A DNA stretch of 64,000 bases from Octopus vulgaris. Taxonomy: Eukaryota. Of the stretch, positions 54,885 through 64,000 are shown one piece after another; within the stretch, counting starts at the first letter, position 1; every line of letters starts with the position of its first letter. A program made the position numbers and the translations under genes. The stretch covers positions 80,104,001 through 80,168,000 of the forward strand of contig OX597815.1 in NCBI GenBank assembly GCA_951406725.2, in the 5' to 3' direction. The notes below the pieces were generated by a model. That model searched no databases and was not told the origin of the DNA. It saw nothing but the letters and a program-made list of their open reading frames with translations.

Positions 54885-55366
54885 TTTGAATAGTGTGCGA
54901 AAACGAATTCCAAAATCGATCAGGTACATACCCTTTAGCATCAATATGGAGAATATATACCGTTTATTCCACATCAGCATATCGTGCAGTGGGGGTTATT
55001 ATTATAATATATTTATACATATTTATATAGAAATATACAAAGTATATAGTAATAGAAATTAATAATAGTTCAGCTATTGGGATTTCAATCAATAGATTTG
55101 TGAGTATTCCATTTCGGATAATGCATAACGAGCATTTATGATGAAAAACTCGTGTTATTTATATGCACATAAAAATTTACACTTGAGAATAATTTCTATT
55201 ATTATATATTTTGCATATTTCTATATAAATATATTATAATCATGACCCCACAGCACGATATGCTGAAGTGGAATACAAGGTATATATTCTCCATATTAAA
55301 ATGCATGTAATTCTAAAGGGTGTGTATCTGATCGATTTAGAAATTCGTTTTCTCACATTATTCAAA
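54885..55366. repeat. Inverted repeat (~177-bp arms) immediately upstream of a PLE ORF; probable inverted pLTR
   Basis: 54885-55061 is inverted at 55190-55366. Confidence 0.8.
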
Positions 55367-55411
55367 AATAATAACTCATACAATTGGTTCTGCCATTAGT
55401 ACTTCCTATAT

Positions 55412-57605
55412 ATGTCAGAAATTGATCTATCAGTTAGGACTGAGGCGATAGAGTGGAATTCATTTTTGAAGGATATACCTATTCCCTGCAGGAAAGAATA
55501 TCCACAGGACCTGATTAATCAGCTACAACACTTTATAAATAGAATGAAATGGAAGGCTTACTACCACAATGACAAAAATCTTAATAAGAATAATGTTAAC
55601 ATCATAGAAGAAACAGACTACATAAGAAGAAACTTCAAATCTAAACAGGAACCTCCCAGTAATAGAACTCTACATGACTTCGAGGAGAAAATATGGAATA
55701 TAGTGAAAAATATCAAATTCAAGAAATACCCTAAGAGACACAACAAGCACCTCAGCAACTTGGCTAGAAAAATTGAAAAATTAAAGAACCAGGATAGAAT
55801 TATAGCTCAATCTGATAAAACCAGGAACTTGATACACCTCTTTATGATAATCTACAAGAAAAGGAAATAATAAAACAAATATAAAGTAGTTAACAAAAAC
55901 TATTTAGATAATATTAACATAATCTCAAAAAAATCATGGTTAAATATGGTATTGAGAATAGAACTGAACCATATGTCCCGATGCATCCAAGAATAACGAT
56001 TAAATACCATAAAGATAATTCTTATTCTAACCCCCAAATAAGGCTGATCTGCCTAGCAAGTCAGACATAGGCAGACTTAGTAAATTAATATTAGATAAAT
56101 ATATAGATAAATTAAATAGGTTAGGTAATCTTAAACTCTGGAATTGCACCCGTGACACTATCAAATGTGTTAATAATACTCAGGATACTATTCATCTATC
56201 AATGAAGTGGTTCTAAATAAGCCCTATCATATGCCATGAGAAAAGTAAATATGTCATTCGAAGAAGTGAAAGTATTATTAGCCGCGAGGAAATCTAGTAT
56301 AAAATATAAAGAAAAACTATGGGCAAGAAAAGACACAAGAGATTGTTTTGATATAAATATGGGTGCATCAGATTCTGCCCAAGTTACCGATCTTATTGGA
56401 TTATATCTTTTATAAATTCTATCTAGAAAGAGAATTTATGAATATTGAGGGCGGTCTCTTTAGGGACGACCTACTACTTATAATCAGGAACTGTGTTAGA
56501 AGGTCCTTAGAATGCCTTAAGAAGAAATTGCATAAATTCTTTAAGAATTTTGGCCTAGGGATATCTATAGAGAATGAACGATATGCTGTAAATTACCTAG
56601 ACGCCAACCTTAATCTTATTGCTAATAAGATCCATCCATTCCATAAGTTGCATGAAAATTTAATGTACATTAGTTCTCTTAGTAACCATCCTAGATCAGT
56701 TAAAGAAGCTTTAATAGATATTATAGGCAAAAGAATATCTATGCTACCCTCTGATTATGACACTTTTAATAGACATGCCCCATATTATAATAAGGCAATA
56801 AAAGAAGCACGAGATAACTCTAAAATAAAATTCTTTAATCATTACGATCACCTTATTAATACAACAGATAATCCTAATACTCAATCTAACAGCATAAATA
56901 TGAATAATAGAAGATAATATCAGAAACTAAATAAGGATAAAAACTATATATTTATTATCAATGATTACAATAATAAAAATAGTAATACTGATAATTGGAA
57001 TATAATCAATAATAGGAAACATAATACATTATATAAGCGGAGATATAATATACCTTCGAATAACACACTGATACCGATAGTGTGTAATGATTATAATATA
57101 AAAATATAAAGGATATTATATGGTTAATTATTCCATATGGGGCCCAAATGATGACTAATATTATTAAGGAGTTACTAAAAACTGTAAAAGTTTATTTGGA
57201 AAAGGACTACATTTATTTTAGCATATTTTCCAATAAAACCATAAGAGTAGGCTACTTAACATCGAGGAATGTTAAGGTAATATCATCTCCTCAATAAATA
57301 ACGAGAAATTAATTATTAGAACAGCACAATAAATAATAGCTCTAGATATACTATAACAGCTAGTGATAGAAGTCATAATCCACATATAGATAATTGTTCA
57401 TGTCGTGATAAGACTAAATGTAAGCTCTCTAATAATTGTAATATTGACAATGTAATTTATAAATGTATAGTAATCTGTAAGAACAATAATACTAAAAATA
57501 TAAATAAGGCATATATAGGATCCACAGGTAATGAAATTAAAAAAGAATCTCCCAACGCTACCAGATTTTTAAAAATCACAATTTAAGTAAGTCCACAGGT
57601 TTAAG

Positions 57606-57637
<32 letters not shown>

Positions 57638-57898
57638 GTGAAATAGAAAGATGAATAATCTTGTTGCAGATTAATCAAAAGTTTAACCGATACCTTGGTA
57701 GCAAAAATCACAGCAGAAGACAGCACGGTTGGAGGTACAACCATATGGTGTTGCAACCGTGCGTTGGTGCGGATAATTGAATATTAATATTATTAGTGAA
57801 TTGAAGTAATGGAGTTGAACGAAGATTGAACAGAAATCGTGTAGAATGAAATAAAACGATTTCTGTTCAATCTTCGTTCAACTCCATTTTTTCAATTC

Positions 57899-57947
<49 letters not shown>

Positions 57948-58160
57948 GAATTGAAGTCTAGAAAAAGAGAGTACACCCTTAGCTGGAGTATAATAGGTAG
58001 AGCCCACTCTTATAATATTGGGAGTAAAATGTGCTTATTATGTATAACAGAATTTACGGAACTGCTACAGTCTAGAGACGAATTACTAAACACATACGGA
58101 GAAAGTGGAGTGAAATATAGAAACCAAAGTAATTTTACTTTCAATAAATTTAAATACTGA
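55412..58160 (+). pseudogene. Near full-length Naiad-type PLE RT + GIY-YIG ORF, frameshifted and interrupted
   Basis: LKDIPIP..Y...FINRMKWKA, FKSKQEPP, SDKTRN, FDINMGASDSAQVTDLIG, GLFRDDL, VNYLD, YISSLSNHP, CSCRDKTKC....C..DNVIYKC, AYIGST, WELK...WSIIGRAHSY....CLLC..E....LLN. Confidence 0.92.
57797..57899. repeat. Hairpin with 33-bp perfect stem, inside a ~340-bp TA-flanked insert in the PLE endonuclease
   Basis: 57808-57840 pairs with 57856-57888. Confidence 0.9.
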
Positions 58161-58299
58161 ACCTCGCCCAACGTTGAATCTCATCATCACAAACTTTTGA
58201 TTCCTACAGTATTTGAATAGATTATATAGATAATTAAATAAATTGATTAATTAAATATTATGAAATATTACATAATAACAAATTATATTAGAGGGGATA

Positions 58300-59430
58300 T
58301 ACAATAATTTATCTTTCAGGCCACTATTGTCCAGAGCATTGTTGCAGTAGGAGGCTGCCTTCTCCTAAATTTCTTTAGAGGAAGTGAAGTTAGATAATTC
58401 GTTACTAATGTTAGCTATCAGGATTTTAGATACTAAAGTGAGGTGACAAAACTCTTTAAGTATATAGGAAAGTTTTTCATTGGGCTTATGGTAAGTTTAT
58501 AAGAGGAGGAGTTTAGGTCTAGGGAGACATCTAAAAAATCATCTGGACAGATTAGTACCGACTGTGATTTTAAGTCTTAATTGTCTGAAGGTAGAGGTAA
58601 TTTGCCTCCTAAATTTATCAAGGGTGTGACCATCACAGCCATGGGAAATACTCAGTCCATCGTCTTAGTATAGACCAACGTCGTGAGATAGTTACTTTGA
58701 TCTCAATTTGTTTAAAACAAAGAAACCCACAAAATCGCAAACATCAGTACTATCGTACGATCCCATTGAAACGTCAAACAATTCATCCTTATTGGACTTT
58801 TTTTACTTATCCTGGGCCTTACTAAACAGTAGTGCTTTCTTTGTATGCATTATAAAGTCCAGGTCTACAGGGTCTATATCAAGATATGATTTAGCAAACT
58901 CGGTGTCTTTATCAAGTAGCGATCTCGATATAAAGGAATAAAAATGTGGGAATGAGTAAATTTACCCCTATGCTTATTCTTAATGTTCTTGAACTAATCT
59001 ATTACAGTAAAACTGTTATTCCATTGTTGTAGCCTTAGTGGTATCTTTACTTTTACTATTAATGTTTCTTAGTGGGTTTTTTTTGCTACTAGCCCGATTT
59101 CAGTCCTCGCTGGGTTTAACAATCAACAAATATGTTTATTACGAAAATTAGGCTTACAATCTTTTGAAGTAGTAAAAGCTTCCCTTTTTATTAAGCATTC
59201 CAATCTATCGTCGATTCTACCATGTTTGGCGTGGATTTCAGCCTCGTCAGTAATATAATTTTATCTGTCTATGTTAGCTTTCTTATAGTTAGTGGAAATG
59301 GGGTCATTTAGCAACATATATAGATAATTAGTAACTTCTCACAGGTTGTTGGTCTCATCAGAAAATACCAACTTCTTTTTAGAATTTCTAAAGTTTTTTA
59401 ATTTCAGATTTCATTTTAGTTTGTAAAGTG
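58300..59430 (-). pseudogene. Second Naiad-type PLE RT fragment, opposite orientation
   Basis: VFSDETNN, LNPARTEIG, FDVSMGSYDSTDVCDFVG, VGLY*DDGL, DFLDVS, PY.KPNE. Confidence 0.85.
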
Positions 59431-59781
59431 TTATGATACCTATGATCTAAAGGGAAATAGCGCCAATTCCACCCTTTTACTTCTTTATATTTTCTTTTTC
59501 CTTTCTATTTTACGGTTTTTTCAAACTTTCACCTTTTATACCTACTTCTCTCTCACTTTTTCTCTCATCCTATCGTCCGAGTTTTAGCTTGTTATGCTAT
59601 GTGGCCAGTATCAGAAGATTGCGCTGAGAAACCAGCTGTGTTAAAAAAATACTATCTAGCATGCTTTCAACACATGAAACTAATAAGAAAAAAAAAACGT
59701 ATGTTGCGCTTATTAAATTATTATGTGTGTGTGTGTGTATGCGCGTGTGTGTGTGTGTGTGTGTGTGCGTGTGTGTGTGTT

Positions 59782-59942
59782 CAGGCGTAACTGTGTGGTA
59801 AGATGCTTGCTTCCCAAACACATAGTTCCGAGTTCAGCCTCACTGCATCGCACCTTGGGTAAGTGTCTTCTACTATAGCCTCGGACCGACCACAGCCTTC
59901 TGAGTGGATTCGGTAGACAGAAACTGTAAGAAATCCGTCCCA
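59782..59942 (+). mobile_element. CORE-like SINE 5' half
   Basis: Family head and core. Confidence 0.85.
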
Positions 59943-60138
59943 TATGTGTGTGTGTGTGTTTGTATGTGTGTGTGTATGTATGTATGTATGTAATTATGTA
60001 TATATGTATGTATGCATGTATATGTATATTCGGGTAATAAATAAAATAGTTAACCAGTACTGGCTGCTGCTGCTGCTGCTGATGGTTCTTCTTCTTCTTC
60101 TTCTTCTTCTTCTTCTTCTTCTTCTTCTTCTTTTTCTT

Positions 60139-60169
<31 letters not shown>

Positions 60170-60340
60170 TTCTTATTCTTCTTCTTCCTCTTCTTCTCCC
60201 TCTTCTTCTGCTTTTTCTTCTTTCTCGGCTACTGCTGCTAAAACAATCAAAACCAAGAACTCATATCAAATATTCTTTTAGGACTACTACTACCTGCTAT
60301 CTACTAACAAGCCTTCAGAAAAGTAAAAAAATAAATAAAT

Positions 60341-60397
<57 letters not shown>

Positions 60398-61237
60398 AAC
60401 CGAAAATGGCTCTTGTATTGGGAAGCATTTCATTTAATTTTTACCACAACTTAATTGTTTTTCATGGTTTACTCTAAGTTGAAAAAGTTGCAAAGACTGA
60501 AACCGGTACTAAAATGTTCTTCATGATAAAATTATTACCGCATTTTCTACCTTTTCTTATATTCCATATATATATAAATAATATCTTCTTGCCGGCACAT
60601 CGACAAAAGTAAAACCTTTAAGTTGGTTACTCGTGTATAGCGTTTGAGGACCGACTCCATGCTACATACAATAAAGTGGAAAATCATAAAAAAACTCCCC
60701 CAAAAAGCATGTCATATGCTAATGAATGTAAGAAACGCAACTTATACTTAGCTGAATGATCGTATATCCTTTTTAGATCTTAGAATGCCATCGCACTGCT
60801 GAATTGCAGATGATAAATTTTCAGCACATGCAAGCGTATGGGCAAATTTCTTTTGGCGAATTAGAGAAGACTAGCCTTTCCGGATTAAGCAGCCGTATCG
60901 GACACTTTGTACTCTTCTCCGTTGATTCATCCCAAAACAACTAGCTTTATTATAGAGTTATGGCCAAAGGGGAGGTAACTCTAATTTCCTATTTCCTTAT
61001 TGATTTTCTTTTTCCGTTTTTTTTTTGTTTACATTTCCACGTTTTGTATCCACCTTATTTTTTTCTTGCGATTTCTCTTGTTTTAGCGTACCGATTTGTA
61101 AAGCGTATATGCCATTTGTTCATACGTAGAGATTGCTTGAAGACATAAGACATGTTACTAAATTTGTGAGTAGACTACATCGCATCCATAAAATTATTTG
61201 TAGCTCGCAACTGTATACTGAGTACATTAAAAATTTA

Positions 61238-61311
<74 letters not shown>

Positions 61312-61315
61312 CCTA

Positions 61316-61375
<60 letters not shown>

Positions 61376-61378
61376 TAT

Positions 61379-61422
<44 letters not shown>

Positions 61423-61445
61423 TACATACATACATATGTATATAT

Positions 61446-61670
61446 CACGTAACCGACCAGGCTATCAGATGTTGTTACAAATCGCTTTTGCATTCAAATG
61501 ACGCCACCCCGCTGGCTAGGCGAGCAGGCGAACAATCACCACCCTGATCGAAGGTGGACTGGGGCAATGTGGAATAAAGTGTTTGTGTTTTGTTCAAGAA
61601 CACAACGCGCCGCCCAGTCCAGGAATCGAACCCTACAATCTAGCAATTGAGAGTGAAACAGCCTAACACA
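61446..61670 (-). mobile_element. Third tRNA-derived SINE family, degraded
   Basis: Minus: GTGTTAGG...GGGTTCGATTCC (B box)...GTTGTGTTCTTGAACAA...ACTTTATTCCACATTGCCCCAGTCCAC. Confidence 0.6.
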
Positions 61671-62422
61671 AACATGTATGTATAAACACATGATCACGCG
61701 TACATGTGTTTTTGTTTACAAGCTTGTGTGTGTTGATTCACAATGGAGAGAATGATACACCATGCATTGACTACATTTTTGAGTCATTTATAAACGCTCA
61801 CACACACACACACAAGCACGCACGCCACCCTCACACATACACGCACATAGACGTATGGATACACAGACGTTCTTTCCTATACGTGTGAGACTTCTGGGGA
61901 GTAGAAGAGTAGATATGGGTGTGTGTATTCATGTAAGCTGATTCATCATAACTCGCAACAAATACTCAGAGAAGTTAAAATATAATCGTGTAGGCTGAGC
62001 AATACTACAAAGAAAGAAAGAACGAAAGAAAGAAAGAGATAGAGAGGCCACGCCGAAGAAGCAAATTTACAAAATGCCATTTTATTGATGTGTGTGAACA
62101 TATGTGTATACGTCTTTGTTTTGGCAAGTGTTGACATGAAAAGAACAAATTCTTGAGCTTATGATGTTATATTGGCATATTAGTGTCTACAAATACATTC
62201 CGAGATTTATTTGCTTATTTGTAATGCATTAGTTTGTATATGAGTGACTGTGCAGATTGACATTGTTGTTGTTAAGTCTCATGTGAGGCCTGATCGAGCG
62301 GAGATACAACCATAGAAAAGCATTCCGTCTGTTTTTCAGTGCAATGAATCTGGGATATCATTAATACAAATCGTCTTTTCTAAGAGCGAATGAGTAATTT
62401 GAGAGATATCTTGGGTGCTCTT

Positions 62423-62503
62423 TCTGAAGTATCCGTATAAAATATCTCTCTGAAGTATCCGTATAAAAGTATCTGTATAAACGAGCATGAAGTGTCCGTA
62501 TAA
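62423..62503. repeat. Short imperfect tandem repeat (TGAAGTATCCGTATAAA core)
   Basis: Three to four degenerate units. Confidence 0.7.
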
Positions 62504-62736
62504 TCGTCATTTCTGTGATTTGATAAATATATAGATAGTTGTTCATATATCTGCGTGTAAATGTTAATATGCATGTGCAACCTAAGGTGGATTTATTATA
62601 CAATTTTATATGTACGCATGACTTTATATGCACGGAAACACTCACTTATGTATGAATAGGTTCGTACATATATACATACATATATACACACGCGCGCGCA
62701 AACATCTGTATGTATATGTATCTATGTATGCATTCT

Positions 62737-63142
62737 TTACTTATTTCAGTCATTAGACTGCAACCATGCTGGGGAACCACCTTGAGAATTTTTAGTAGAA
62801 ACGAGTCGACCCCAGGACTTATGTTTTAAGCCCGGAGGCTTTTCTATCGGCCTCTTTTGCTGGACCGCTAACTTATAAGGACATAAACATATCACAACCG
62901 CTTGTTAAACGTTGGTGGGGACAAACACAGACACACAGACGTACATACACATATATACTACAGGCCTCTTTCAGTTTCCGTCTATTTAATCTATTTAATC
63001 TATTTAATCCACGCACATGGTTTTGGCCGGCCCGAGGATATTGTAGAATATACTTACCCTAGGGGACTAAATCCGGTAGACACTTACGCAGTGGGACGGA
63101 CTCCAGAACCATGAGGTTGGGAAGCAAACTTCCCACCACAGA
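62737..63142 (-). mobile_element. Degraded full-length CORE-like SINE
   Basis: The family tail, internal (CA)n and head are all recognisable. Confidence 0.8.
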
Positions 63143-63147
63143 GTTAC

Positions 63148-63192
<45 letters not shown>

Positions 63193-64000
63193 ATATCATA
63201 TGTAGTCCAGTAAAATCTTTAGTTATAGCATATAACCAGTCAGAAAGTTACCATTGGTTTCACGTCTACTATTGTACTTGTCAATATAGGCGACTCATCA
63301 GGACTATATAAACGTACATCTGATCAGAGATTAAATGAGGCTATGATCGACCGACTTAAGTTTTGACTTTTCTCAGATCGATATTAGAATTACCAGTAAA
63401 CTACTAGAGCCGTTATAATGTTAAATTATGTATTGCACGATTTAATATAAAACAATAAATTTTTAATAATTTTCTTTGTAGTTTTCAACTAAAAAGTATC
63501 ATTGTACTTCTTTGATATGGCAAATATTAAGCATTTTTTCAGGATGTGGAGACTGCTCAATTTCTTATGTAATTGTCAAAAGTTTTCGTTATTATGTCAC
63601 CTGACATAATAATCCTTTGATATTTCTTCCGATTTTACGTTCTGGGTTTGTACTTTTGTTATACTCTGCATCGACAGAGTATAACAGAGAAGTGCCTTCA
63701 GAATCAGCTCATCGGACAAGTGAAGAAGAAACAATCATTGTTTCTCATAAACTATCCTATTTGCATCAACAAATTTCTGATGTTATCTAAATTTGTCATT
63801 GAACAATCCAAGAGATCTTTCGATAAGTTTCCGTAGGACATCACGAACATGGAGCACCGTACTTCTTTTTAAAGTAAAGAATGTTGACATCATTAACTTG
63901 AACGTCACCAGAATTCTTCAACACACCAAACAGCTGGATATAGTAAATATTTCTGTATATAAATGTTATATAAAAGTGTACATAACATTTACAATAAATG

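Noticed and set aside
62423-62503. Short direct repeats resembling a CRISPR array
   Set aside because: The units are adjacent and degenerate with no unique spacers or cas genes, in a eukaryotic context.

Overview
AT-rich, microsatellite-saturated eukaryotic (metazoan) non-coding DNA. The tRNA-derived SINE families suggest a cephalopod, probably Octopus (inference). I found no host protein-coding exon; almost all listed ORFs are translations of (TA)n, (CA)n, (TACA)n and (TAA)n repeats. The window is a stack of transposons: several Penelope-like elements (PLEs, including Naiad-type and Neptune-type RT/GIY-YIG remnants), two Tc1/mariner-superfamily transposons (Tc1-type and DD37D), remnants of RLE-bearing (R4/Dong-like) and RTE-like LINEs, HINE/MITE-like elements and many SINEs. 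The most striking structure is a ~4.2 kb element at 18470-22696. It has two ~1535-bp, nearly identical inverted arms, each with an outward-facing type I hammerhead ribozyme near its outer end, around an uninterrupted GIY-YIG endonuclease domain and no RT. The same design (palindrome, outward hammerheads, placement in TA/CA microsatellite) recurs in short non-coding elements at 38137-38670 and 46113-46582, and probably at 47613-47849 and 54885-55366. About ten hammerhead-like motifs are visible overall. All calls come from reading the sequence by eye; no searches or folding were run.
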